The position numbers and the translations under genes are program-made. Shown here piece by piece: positions 47,820 through 57,374 of a stretch of DNA of 59,389 nt; position 1 is the first letter of the stretch, and every line of letters begins with the position of its first letter. The stretch is from an uncultured archaeon (GTDB taxonomy: Archaea; EX4484-52; JAADEF01), in NCBI GenBank assembly GCA_964407715.1, contig CAYOWP010000002.1, forward strand, positions 53,838 through 113,226. The letters are read 5' to 3'. The notes under the pieces are model-generated. The model did not search any database. It worked only from the letters and a program-made list of their open reading frames with translations, and was not told where the DNA came from.

Positions 47820-48128
47820 TTATTTTTTCTTTTTCTTCTTTTTCTTCTTCTCTATTTTTTCTATTCCTATCTTTTTCACATTAGCCTTATAAATCTCGTC
47901 ACCCATCCAAGATGGCCTGTTTGCAGGTGCTTTAACCTTTGTTCTAGAACCTTCATATATATGTATTTTGTTTGTTCCTCTTTCCCTTAATCTTATTTTC
48001 TTATATCCTCTGTTTGCAGCCTTTAATGCTGCTTGTCTTGGTGTCCTTCCAGTGAATACACCGATTTCATTTCCTTTGTCATCTAGCAATACAAAATACC
48101 TTTTTCCTTTTTTACCTGCCATTTTCAC
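47820..48128 (-). CDS. chromosomal protein MC1 family, with C-terminal poly-lysine tail
   Basis: RYFVLLDDKGNEIGVFTGRTPRQAALKAANRGYKKIRLRERGTNKIHIYEG...NRPSWMGDEI is near-colinear with the MC1 consensus (NFVLRDE-GNE-GVFTGKQPRQAALKAANRG...RLRERGTKK). It ends in 11 consecutive Lys. Confidence 0.8.
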   Translation of the reverse strand: MKMAGKKGKRYFVLLDDKGNEIGVFTGRTPRQAALKAANRGYKKIRLRERGTNKIHIYEGSRTKVKAPANRPSWMGDEIYKANVKKIGIEKIEKKKKKKKKK

Positions 48129-48224
48129 CTACCTCCTTGACCTCTCCATATAGAATGTCACATGCTTATAATATATTATATATCCGAAAATATTTATATA
48201 TTTATCGGTTATCATTAGATTTTT

Positions 48225-48595
48225 GGCATTGTCCAATAATCCTCTATTAACAAAATTTTGTTAAGCGGAAACTTAACACGCAAATAGCACTTATAGCACT
48301 TAACCCTTTGAATAGGGCTATGCTTCTCGTTAACCATTTTAAATGATTTTGTTAATGGGAAGAAATCGCTATTACTACAGGTTTTGTAGCATGTTAACCT
48401 CATCTTTAAGGTTAGCTGCTTTACTGCTGCTCATTGACTGGGTATAATTCCTTGTTAAAAAGTAGCCTCTTAAAGAAGCGCATCAGAGCAGCAAATCTTA
48501 TAGAGCTAATGCAATTCAAAGGGTTAAACTGCTCTCATGCGCTTCTTTAAGAGGTTATATTTCCGCTTAACAATAGAGAATTATTGGACAATGCC
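48225..48595. repeat. dispersed repeat family, locus F: 371-bp composite bounded by perfect 16-bp TIRs, holding a reverse-orientation core, a long spacer shared with locus C, and a forward core
   Basis: GGCATTGTCCAATAAT at 48225 and ATTATTGGACAATGCC ending 48595. Internal 26-nt inverted repeat CCTCTTAAAGAAGCGCATCAGAGCAG / CTGCTCTCATGCGCTTCTTTAAGAGG. Confidence 0.8.
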
Positions 48596-48644
48596 TAGAT
48601 TTTTATAAGAAACTTTTAAAATACTTTATATATATCAAGAATTT

Positions 48645-49676
48645 ATGGGAGTAAATATAAGAGAGCTTGTGGATGATTGTAGAGAAGAGATTTCCTATGA
48701 GATGCTTAGCGGCAAGACAATAGCATTAGATGCATTTAATATTCTCTATCAGTTTTTGGCAGCAATAAGACAGCCTGATGGTACACCTCTTATGGATTCT
48801 AAAGGCAATATAACCTCTCATCTCTCTGGGATTTTTTATAGGAGCATATCCTTGATGGAATATAATATAAAATTGGTGTATGTTTTTGATGGAGAAAAGC
48901 CAAGTTTTAAGGAAGAGGAGATAAAAAAGAGATTACAGGCAAAGGAAGAGGCTGAGGAGAAATGGAGAAGAAGCATAGAGGAAGGTAACTTAGAGGAGGC
49001 AAAAAAATATGCTCAGGGAGCATCATATCTTACACCTCAAATGGTAGAGGAGGCAAAGAGACTGATAAAAGCTATGGGTATGTGCTATGTGGATGCTCCA
49101 TCAGAGGGAGAAGCACAAGCAGCATATTTAGCAAAGATTAATAAAGTATATGCCGCAGGATCTCAGGATTATGATTCATTGCTTTTTGGCTCTCCAATTT
49201 TGATAAGGAATCTTGGTGTTACTGGTAAAAGGAAGATTCCTGGAACGAATCAATATAAAGAGATAAATTTGGAGAGGATTTTTCTTGAGAAGATATTGGA
49301 AGAGTACAAACTTACACAGGATCAATTGATATGTTTAGGTATCTTGGTTGGTACAGATTATGCAGAGAACGGAGTAGAGGGTATAGGAGTAAAGAAGGCA
49401 TTAGAGATAGTAAGAATATACAAAACACCAGATAAAATATTTTCTGCCATAAAGGATAAGTGGGAACATGATGTTGATTTTATGAAAATATATGAGTTTT
49501 TTAAAGAGCCTCCCGTAAGAGATGTGGAGATATCTTTTGATAGATTGAATGAAGAAGAAATATATAAGATCCTTGTAGATGAGCACGATTTTTCTCAAGA
49601 AAGGGTCTCTAATGCTATAGAGAGATTAAAAAAAGCAAAGAGTAAAACATCCCAAAGGACACTTTTTAGTTTCTGA
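48645..49676 (+). CDS. fen: flap endonuclease 1
   Basis: N-domain MGVNIRELV..., I-domain acidic residues, H3TH motif (GIGVKKALEIV), C-terminal PIP-like tail. Confidence 0.9.
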   Translation: MGVNIRELVDDCREEISYEMLSGKTIALDAFNILYQFLAAIRQPDGTPLMDSKGNITSHLSGIFYRSISLMEYNIKLVYVFDGEKPSFKEEEIKKRLQAKEEAEEKWRRSIEEGNLEEAKKYAQGASYLTPQMVEEAKRLIKAMGMCYVDAPSEGEAQAAYLAKINKVYAAGSQDYDSLLFGSPILIRNLGVTGKRKIPGTNQYKEINLERIFLEKILEEYKLTQDQLICLGILVGTDYAENGVEGIGVKKALEIVRIYKTPDKIFSAIKDKWEHDVDFMKIYEFFKEPPVRDVEISFDRLNEEEIYKILVDEHDFSQERVSNAIERLKKAKSKTSQRTLFSF

Positions 49677-49690
49677 ATGAGAGGGAAGCT

Positions 49691-50857
49691 ATGAATTTTA
49701 AAATCACAGAAAATTATAAGATTGGAAAAATTGTAACATTTATTCCAAACAAAGCATTGCCTGTGTATAATTGGTTTTATTATAAGGAGGGATTTTCAAG
49801 ACAATTTGTGGAATATGCATATAAGAGATTAAATATAAGTGAAGATGATGTGATTCTTGATCCTTTTGTTGGATGTGGAACCTCTGCATTATATGCAAAA
49901 GAGATGGGAAATCTCTTTTATGGATTAGATGTTAATGATGTTGCCATATTAGCTGCGAATGTTAAAACTTATGATTATGATATTTCTATTCTTAAGAACT
50001 ATGCTAAGAAAATCTTAAAGAAGCCAACAGAACATGAGATAAAAGAGGCTGAGAAAGAGATTGAGAGGATAACTTTATCTATAGTAAAGAAAGCATATCC
50101 TTCACCTGTATTAAAGCAAATTTTGGCATATAAGCATAAGATTCTAAATAAGATAGAGGAGAAAAAATATCAGGAGTTTTTTATCTTAGGATTGATGAAA
50201 ACATCAACAATAACCACATACGCAAGAAAGGAAGGAGGGAGTATAAAGATAGATAAAAAAAGGAAATTTCCTCCTGTTAAAGTTGCATTTAAAAATATCA
50301 TCAAAAAAATGCTCTCAGATTTGCAAAAAATTAATTTTAAAATTGATGAAAACAAAATCATTATAATAAAGGGAGATGCAAGGGAGCTGAGCAGATATGT
50401 TAAGGATAAGATAGATGTTATTATCACATCTCCTCCATATTTAAATAAAATAGAATACACTAATGTCTATGCCTTAGAACAATATCTTTTTATTTCAAAA
50501 AGAATCTCAAGACCTGCTGTGAGGTCTTATATAGGAGAGATAATTGAGGAAGAAGAAGATGTGTTTTATGGTAAGTATCCTATGAACAATATAAGTAGAG
50601 CATATTTTCGTGATATGTATCAGGTTATCAAAGAAATCAAAAAAATTTCCTCTAATAAGATGAGAGGTGCTCTTGTGATAGGTGATGGATGCTTTCCTAA
50701 TGGAGTTGTAAAAAGCGATATTTTAATAAGTGAGCTTCTTGAAAGAGAAGGATTTGCTGTTGAGGAAATAGAAAGGGTTAATGTAAGGTGGTGTATGAGA
50801 AATCGCATATCAAAAGTTGGGCCAATGCATGAAAGCATAGTTTGGTTTAGAAAATAA
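49691..50857 (+). CDS. DNA (N6-adenine or N4-cytosine) methyltransferase, apparently orphan
   Basis: Motif I DPFVGCGTSALYA (FxGxG) at the N-terminus and motif IV DVIITSPPYLNKIEY (SPPY) ~200 aa later, an alpha-like motif order. No endonuclease-like ORF adjacent. Confidence 0.6.
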   Translation: MNFKITENYKIGKIVTFIPNKALPVYNWFYYKEGFSRQFVEYAYKRLNISEDDVILDPFVGCGTSALYAKEMGNLFYGLDVNDVAILAANVKTYDYDISILKNYAKKILKKPTEHEIKEAEKEIERITLSIVKKAYPSPVLKQILAYKHKILNKIEEKKYQEFFILGLMKTSTITTYARKEGGSIKIDKKRKFPPVKVAFKNIIKKMLSDLQKINFKIDENKIIIIKGDARELSRYVKDKIDVIITSPPYLNKIEYTNVYALEQYLFISKRISRPAVRSYIGEIIEEEEDVFYGKYPMNNISRAYFRDMYQVIKEIKKISSNKMRGALVIGDGCFPNGVVKSDILISELLEREGFAVEEIERVNVRWCMRNRISKVGPMHESIVWFRK

Positions 50858-50860
50858 ATA

Positions 50861-51679
50861 TCACTTCTTTTTATTACCCATAAATGCCTTCATTAGCTCT
50901 AATGGCAATACAAATACAAACTTCTCATTTGGATCAGAGGAAATCTCTGCTAATGTATGCAATGTTCTTAGATTTATGGCAGCGGGTTGTTTTGCGATTA
51001 GCTCTGCTGCCTTTGTAAGATTCTCTGCTGCCTTTATTTCTCCCTCTGATTTTATAATAACAGCCCTCCTCTCCCTTTCTGCCTCTGCTTGTCTTGCCAT
51101 TGCTCTCCTCATTTCTTCAGGTAACTCTATATCTTGCAACCTAACACCTGTAACATCAATACCCCAGTCATCTGTTATTTTGTCAACTATTTTGCGTATA
51201 TCCTCTGCTATCTTTTCTCTTTTCTGTAATAGGCCATCTAAATCCACTCCACCAATGACATCTCTCAAAACTGTTTGGGCATACATTATAGTTGCATAAG
51301 AGTAATTTTCGACATTAAGCACAGCTTTTTCAGGATGTTGAACTCTAAAGAATACAGTAGCATTTATTTTAACAGGAACATTGTCTTTTGTGATTACTTC
51401 CTGTTTTGGCAGATCAATGGTTTTTACTCTGATATCAATCTTTATTAATTTTTGGATGATGGGAAAGAACCACATTAATCCAGCATCATACTTCCCTGAG
51501 TACTTACCTAAGGTGAAGAGAATACCTTTTTCATATTGAAATATAACCCTTATACCTGAGATAGCGTATAATATTAGCAACACACCAATAATAACCCAAA
51601 CATAACTAAAGGATAACAACATCACAACTCCCAAAATGAAAATTAAACAACCAAAAAGCACATATATTGCTCTTTCCAT
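50861..51679 (-). CDS. SPFH/band-7 (stomatin/prohibitin-like) membrane protein
   Basis: N-terminal TM, SPFH core blocks (TKDNVPVKINATVFFRV, AQTVLRDVIGGVDLDGLL), C-terminal coiled coil (ARQAEAERERRA). Confidence 0.75.
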   Translation of the reverse strand: MERAIYVLFGCLIFILGVVMLLSFSYVWVIIGVLLILYAISGIRVIFQYEKGILFTLGKYSGKYDAGLMWFFPIIQKLIKIDIRVKTIDLPKQEVITKDNVPVKINATVFFRVQHPEKAVLNVENYSYATIMYAQTVLRDVIGGVDLDGLLQKREKIAEDIRKIVDKITDDWGIDVTGVRLQDIELPEEMRRAMARQAEAERERRAVIIKSEGEIKAAENLTKAAELIAKQPAAINLRTLHTLAEISSDPNEKFVFVLPLELMKAFMGNKKK

Positions 51680-51755
51680 ATACTTTATTCTTTCAAGAAT
51701 ATTTAAAAATTTTTTATAAAAATAAAAGAAAAGGAAAGGGATTAATTTTATGCTA

Positions 51756-52748
51756 TCACTCTGTGCTTGCCAATATTGTCAATGTACCTGTTGGCACATT
51801 TCCGTCAGGTACTCCATAAGGTACATGCAATTCTACATCTGCAATTAAACTATCTCCTGGATATATGGTATTGCCATTATTCAAAGTTAATCCTACCTGA
51901 CTACCACCAAATGCAGTACATGAACTTGCTCCTGGTGCATCTGCATTCCATCTAAAGATTCTTATTTTTGAACAGTCATAGTATACGGCAACACAATATG
52001 TAGTACCTCCTATTTCTATACCATTTATAAGACCCCAATCTGAATCTCCTGTAGCGCCAATATTTGCCCATTTAACATTTCCATCAATCAAATCAATTGT
52101 ACCTGTGTTTGTAGTGTTGTGAGGCTCCACTCCTATCACAATATCTGCATCTGTGCCTGTGGAACCATTACAATATGGTTCTGGATCTGTTGAAGTTGTT
52201 GCATTTATCACCCAGAAATATTCATGGTTAGCATCTCTTATTTTTCCAAAACTTACCCAATTGTCTGGTTTCTGGAGATATATGTAATCTGTGCTTGAAT
52301 TGAATTCTACTCTATCAACAAAACTCATGTTTGCACCTGTGTAATCTGTTGGCTTTAACAATAACCAGTTTCCTGAATCATAATTTTGTAAGTTACCTGT
52401 TCCGAACGGATTACTTGAAGGTTGTGATACATTTGCCCATACATATGTTATATCCGTAGAACCCATATTTTCTATCTGTATTTGGCTTAGTGTTACCCCA
52501 TCTTCAGTATCTGTATATTGCGTTAACACAGTTCCAGGATCCGCATTACCCCAATCCATTCCTGCAGGAGTAACATCTATTATTGTTTTATTGTTTACTG
52601 TTACTGTAACCTGAGAGCTATCTGTTGCATCTGCCGTATACGCGTTTGCAATACCATCAAAATCTAAAAATAATCCAGCAATTAAAGCACCTAAAATCGT
52701 CAACACAAAAGCCATTTTACTCATGCTCTTTAATTCTACCCTTTTCAT
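51756..52748 (-). CDS. secreted surface protein, paralogue 1 of a pair
   Basis: Signal peptide (MAFVLTILGALIAGLFL), beta-rich, T/N/G-rich. Shares colinear blocks with 53018-54016 (ITYVWANVSQPSSNPF / ITKIWLNNSYPSSRPF; RIFRWNAD / RIFFVRWNAD; GTLTILAS / GTLTVYAS; TYCVAV / TYCVFI). Confidence 0.5.
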   Translation of the reverse strand: MKRVELKSMSKMAFVLTILGALIAGLFLDFDGIANAYTADATDSSQVTVTVNNKTIIDVTPAGMDWGNADPGTVLTQYTDTEDGVTLSQIQIENMGSTDITYVWANVSQPSSNPFGTGNLQNYDSGNWLLLKPTDYTGANMSFVDRVEFNSSTDYIYLQKPDNWVSFGKIRDANHEYFWVINATTSTDPEPYCNGSTGTDADIVIGVEPHNTTNTGTIDLIDGNVKWANIGATGDSDWGLINGIEIGGTTYCVAVYYDCSKIRIFRWNADAPGASSCTAFGGSQVGLTLNNGNTIYPGDSLIADVELHVPYGVPDGNVPTGTLTILASTE

Positions 52749-52787
52749 TTCTCACCACCCCGTTCAAGCATGCTCATTTTATCATGA

Positions 52788-53018
52788 TTATTCTACCCAC
52801 CACATCATTTTTTTGCTCAATCCAACCCTTGCTGATTTTTCTTCTCCTTTGATAATGCCTTTATCTTTTAGTTTATAGCAATAGGTATTAGCAGTGCTCC
52901 ATGCAATGCCCAATTTTTTGGCTATTTGATATGTTGTTAGCGGTTTTTTCTCCTTCTTTAATATCTCTACAATTAATTTCTCAATGCTTTTCATATTCTC
53001 TACCATCAATCCCACCAT
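52788..53018 (-). CDS. small winged-HTH transcriptional regulator
   Basis: 76 aa. LTTYQIAKKLGIAWSTANTYCYKLKDKGII is a typical HTH recognition-helix pattern. It sits between the two paralogous secreted-protein genes, sharing a stop/start base with the upstream gene. Confidence 0.5.
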   Translation of the reverse strand: MVGLMVENMKSIEKLIVEILKKEKKPLTTYQIAKKLGIAWSTANTYCYKLKDKGIIKGEEKSARVGLSKKMMWWVE

Positions 53019-54016
53019 TATGCTGATGAAGCATATACTGTCAGCGTACCTGTGCTTAGATCACCACTTGCAGTACCAAATGGGACTCTTATATGAACCC
53101 ATGCCTTATAAAACCCTCCTGGTGGTATAGGTTCAGAGTTTATATAGCCACTGTTCATGATGTTGGTGCATATTGTTTGAACTGTTGAATCAGCAAGAAA
53201 ATCAGCATTCCATCTAACAAAGAAGATTCTTGCACCAGTTGCTGGGCAAGACACTGGTATAAATACACAATAAGTCTCACCATCTCCAAAATCAACTTCT
53301 CCTACATCATATTGCTGTCCATCTAATACTCCTCCTCCTGTGTTCAATGTTACTGGAGTAAATGGAATAGGTGTTTGATCCCTTAAATCCACATCACCAG
53401 TACTTGTCACTGTCTTTGGAGATGAAGTATTGATATAGAGCTGTCCATTTGAACAATTGTTTGAATATTGGCTTATATATTCAAAGAAGTATTCAGTACT
53501 ACCATTCCTAAATCTTCCAAAAATTATTCCAATATCGTTTAAATTTGTATTGGGAACTTTTATATATAATGGATCATCTTCCTCATATTCAACCCTATTT
53601 ATAAACATAAAATGACTATCAGGAGCATTTCCAGAGTTGTTAGCTATAACAACAAAGTTTGCTGGATCATAAGCTAAAGGATTAGCTGTGGCAAATGGTC
53701 TTGAGGAAGGATATGAGTTATTTAGCCAAATCTTTGTGATATTTACTGAACCTATATTTTCTATCCATATATTTTCATAGTTATTTGCCTCTGCACTTCC
53801 ATTATATTCTTTTCCAGGCTCAACATTATACCATGATAATGATGAAGGATTGATATCTACCATAGTTTTTTCAGAGACATTCACAAATATGGTGATGGTA
53901 TCATTTGCCTCTGAGATTGGAGCATATACTCTATGGATATTGAATATTGATAAAATAATTACAAAACAAACTATTAAGAACACAATACTTCCTATTTTTG
54001 TTCTTGTATGCTCCAT
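53018..54016 (-). CDS. secreted surface protein, paralogue 2 of a pair
   Basis: N-terminal signal/anchor (IGSIVFLIVCFVIILSIF). Colinear similarity to 51756-52748. Several N-x-S/T sequons. Confidence 0.5.
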   Translation of the reverse strand: MEHTRTKIGSIVFLIVCFVIILSIFNIHRVYAPISEANDTITIFVNVSEKTMVDINPSSLSWYNVEPGKEYNGSAEANNYENIWIENIGSVNITKIWLNNSYPSSRPFATANPLAYDPANFVVIANNSGNAPDSHFMFINRVEYEEDDPLYIKVPNTNLNDIGIIFGRFRNGSTEYFFEYISQYSNNCSNGQLYINTSSPKTVTSTGDVDLRDQTPIPFTPVTLNTGGGVLDGQQYDVGEVDFGDGETYCVFIPVSCPATGARIFFVRWNADFLADSTVQTICTNIMNSGYINSEPIPPGGFYKAWVHIRVPFGTASGDLSTGTLTVYASSA

Positions 54017-54190
54017 GTTTCCTCATCCCCTTCCATTAATCATGAAGGAATATGATGATATGTTGATATTTAGTTATCTCAAAGTTTTGATATATCAATA
54101 TAACAATATAATATAAAATTGGCTTTAGTAGGAATATATAGTTTTTGTAACTATTCAATAGTGAAATAAAAAGGGTATATATTATTTTAC

Positions 54191-55483
54191 GTGAGTAAAT
54201 TAAAGTTTATGTTAGAGAGTACGAAAAGGACATGCTTTATCCTTTTCTTTTTTTGGATAATGATTCTTTTGCCATGCTATAGCTTATATACTAATGTCTC
54301 AGGAAAACTCATTATAGAGGAGAAATTTTATATCAATAATAAGAATAACATAAAAAATATAACTTTTATAATTCCATTTAAACAACACTTTTCCAATTTC
54401 AAAGTTATTTCATGTGTTAATTGCACATGTAAATATAATGGAACACATATAACTGCTTATGTAAATCCTAATACACTTCATGATGGCATAAATATCATCA
54501 ACATAATAGGAAAGATAAGACAAAATCTTATATTACCTTATAAACCAAAAGATTTAGATGAAGTATCTAAATTTACAACCTCTACAAAAAACATTCAGAG
54601 CAATATAGAAAGCATAAAAGAAATATCCTCTTTAATTATGGATTCTTGTGATGGAGATAGAAGATGTTTTATAATAAGTTCTGTTAAGTGGGTAAATGAA
54701 TATCTAATATATGATACAAGATATAGTGATAGAAATTATGATACTCGATGGATATTAAAAAATAAGAGAGGAGTATGTGCAGAATATACAACACTTTTTA
54801 TAAGTTTGATGAGAAGCCAAGGAATTCCATCACGATATGTATCTGTTCTCTCTTATGATATTAAAAGAAAAGAACTAATACCACATGCATATGCAGAGGT
54901 ATATATAGATGGAGTATGGTATCCAGTTGATGTTTTATGGAAGCAGATTGGATATGCTGATGCATTGCACATATATAGATACTACTCCAATGACAATCAT
55001 GTTGAAAGCAATATTAACATCTCTTACTTGGATGAGATTGATTTTAAGTGGATTGATGAAAAGATAAACCTCATGAATGTAGGTATTGGGATTAACAACA
55101 GCTACTTTAACATTGCTAATACTTCCTTAAATATAGAGCCAAAAAAGATTGCTAATATATCCTTAAATATATCAAAACTCAAAGAAGTGAAAGATGCGTG
55201 CGTTTATATAAAGATAAATCCATGTGTTGGTGGCAACATTTCAGTTGCTCCTAAAGAGGATATTGCATGCGAAAATCTTAATTTTTTTATAATTTCATAT
55301 GATGAAGACATTATTTGCCCGATTACCATTCAATATGATACAAAATTTTCAGTTATAAATATGACTTCCTCAACACAATTGTTTGAGATAAATGCATCTC
55401 AATCAGAAGGTTTTATTTCTTCATTAATAGATTTGTTAAGGAAGTTGTTTAACATGATAATTTCTCTTATTAACTCACTGTGA
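54191..55483 (+). CDS. secreted transglutaminase-like (cysteine protease fold) domain protein
   Basis: Signal-anchor (CFILFFFWIMILLPCYSLY). Transglutaminase-core triad context GVCAEYTTLFISLMRSQGIPSRYVS (Cys) ... HAYAEVYIDGVWYPVD (His, Asp). Confidence 0.6.
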   Translation: MSKLKFMLESTKRTCFILFFFWIMILLPCYSLYTNVSGKLIIEEKFYINNKNNIKNITFIIPFKQHFSNFKVISCVNCTCKYNGTHITAYVNPNTLHDGINIINIIGKIRQNLILPYKPKDLDEVSKFTTSTKNIQSNIESIKEISSLIMDSCDGDRRCFIISSVKWVNEYLIYDTRYSDRNYDTRWILKNKRGVCAEYTTLFISLMRSQGIPSRYVSVLSYDIKRKELIPHAYAEVYIDGVWYPVDVLWKQIGYADALHIYRYYSNDNHVESNINISYLDEIDFKWIDEKINLMNVGIGINNSYFNIANTSLNIEPKKIANISLNISKLKEVKDACVYIKINPCVGGNISVAPKEDIACENLNFFIISYDEDIICPITIQYDTKFSVINMTSSTQLFEINASQSEGFISSLIDLLRKLFNMIISLINSL

Positions 55484-57315
55484 TGAATCACAGCAATATT
55501 GTTATACCTTGTTTTTATATATGAAAGATACGCTGGATAGGTGTATCTATTATCTATAAAAAAGATTATCCCTTTTTCCTTTTCACTTCTAATTATCCTT
55601 CCAGCGCTTTGAATTACCTTATTGATTGTTGGTATTATATAACCATATTCCTTTCCTTTACCATACATCTTTTCATAATATGAGATTATAGATTTTGCAT
55701 ATAAATCTGGTTTTTCAAATGGAATGCCTATTATCCCAACAATCTCTGCTGTTTTTTCTTTGAAATCTACTCCTTCATAAAAGTTTGCTCCGCTTATGGC
55801 TAATAATACAACATCATTGTTTTTCCTCATAGTTTCCAATATTTTGTCCTTCTCAGATTTTGTTATATCTTTTTTCTCCATGAGTATTATTTTTCGAGGT
55901 TCAAATGAAAGATAAGGAAGTATGTGGTCTCGTGTTTCATAGGAAGGGAAAAAGAATATAATATTGTTCTTAAAATTGTTTGCAATTATTGAGATGATTT
56001 CACCATATATCTTAAAGGTATTTTCATCCCTATACTCATATTTTGTTGTTACACCTTTTATAATATATACCTTCTGATTCTCGATTGGGAAAGGAGATGT
56101 CAATTCTAAAGCCTTGCTAATATGCTTTAATCCTGTGATATCTTGATACATATTTAATGGATAAAGAGTTGCAGACATAAATATTGCTCCTTTAACTTGA
56201 GAGATGATATCGTATATTTTTGAAGATACATCCATATCTATTATTCTTATGTTCCATGAGATGTTATCATTTTTGTTAATCTCACCAATTCTTACTATAC
56301 TTTCCATTTCATCTTCCCAAAATTCTAAAAATTTTCTTATACTATTTGCATAGGATCTATTATTATTGCGATATACTTTTTCTGCAATATCATATAAGAA
56401 ATCTAATAAACTTTGATATGAAATCTCTTTCTCTATAATAGACATGATTTCCTCTTTTGTTAGATATGCTTGAGAATCTTCCTTTTTTATTTTATTGAGC
56501 AACAAAGCCTCTATGTTCATTCCTATATTTAGCAGAATTTTTGCTATTTCAGGATAATGCTCTCTGCTCTCTTTGATTGCTCTCTTTAATATATATGATG
56601 AAAGTTTGATATCATTCATCCTTCTTATTCTATCTGGCAGATTATGTGCCTCATCCACTATTACTACTATATCCTCAAGTTTAAGATTGAGTTTTCCAAG
56701 AAATGTGTTACTTATAGATGGATGGAAGAGATAATAATAATCCGCTATTATAACATTTGAATCCTTCAATAATTCCAATATCATCTCATATGGACAAAAA
56801 TCTGAGAGATTTTCTTTTATCTTCTCAGATTCTGTTATAATGGCATCTTTATATTTTGCAAGTGCTATCCTTGCTTGAGATGTTAATGAGCCGTTTCTTA
56901 TTGTATTCTCATAAAAATAGCATAGGTGATCCTTACGTAATGTTTTGCAGTAATCATGAAAGTCCTCCATGTTTATCTTCTCAATTTTTTGATTGCACAA
57001 TGATTTCTTGTTCAATATATTTATTGCCTTAAAATTTTTGTTATATTTTTCATTTATTTTTCTAACTGTTTTGAACACTATCCTGTGATGTTCATGTCTG
57101 TTAGTCAAGAAAAAGACTTTTAAGTGGTTTTCTTCTGCAAATTTCATTGCTGCTCCTAAAGCTGAAGCTGTCTTGCCAATGCCAGTAGGTGCATGAACAA
57201 AACTAATAATCCCTTTCTCAAGATTTTCTTTTATAAACTCAAACATCTCCTTTTGACCCTTTCTAAATGTTTCATGTGGAAAATATGGGTAAAGAGTTTT
57301 GGTATGTTGTACCAT
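55399..57315 (-). CDS. XPD/Rad3-family (DEAD_2) Fe-S helicase
   Basis: Walker A HAPTGIGKTAS, DEAH box VVIVDEAHNL, and four Cys in the Fe-S insertion (C-NQK, DYC, HLC, DFC). C-terminal helicase motifs. The 3' end overlaps the convergent transglutaminase-like gene by 85 nt. Confidence 0.8.
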   Translation of the reverse strand: MVQHTKTLYPYFPHETFRKGQKEMFEFIKENLEKGIISFVHAPTGIGKTASALGAAMKFAEENHLKVFFLTNRHEHHRIVFKTVRKINEKYNKNFKAINILNKKSLCNQKIEKINMEDFHDYCKTLRKDHLCYFYENTIRNGSLTSQARIALAKYKDAIITESEKIKENLSDFCPYEMILELLKDSNVIIADYYYLFHPSISNTFLGKLNLKLEDIVVIVDEAHNLPDRIRRMNDIKLSSYILKRAIKESREHYPEIAKILLNIGMNIEALLLNKIKKEDSQAYLTKEEIMSIIEKEISYQSLLDFLYDIAEKVYRNNNRSYANSIRKFLEFWEDEMESIVRIGEINKNDNISWNIRIIDMDVSSKIYDIISQVKGAIFMSATLYPLNMYQDITGLKHISKALELTSPFPIENQKVYIIKGVTTKYEYRDENTFKIYGEIISIIANNFKNNIIFFFPSYETRDHILPYLSFEPRKIILMEKKDITKSEKDKILETMRKNNDVVLLAISGANFYEGVDFKEKTAEIVGIIGIPFEKPDLYAKSIISYYEKMYGKGKEYGYIIPTINKVIQSAGRIIRSEKEKGIIFFIDNRYTYPAYLSYIKTRYNNIAVIHHSELIREIIMLNNFLNKSINEEIKPSD

Positions 57316-57374
57316 ATTTTTATAATGATAAGACCGAAATCTTTATAAACCTTTACCACACATAATTACTCTTT

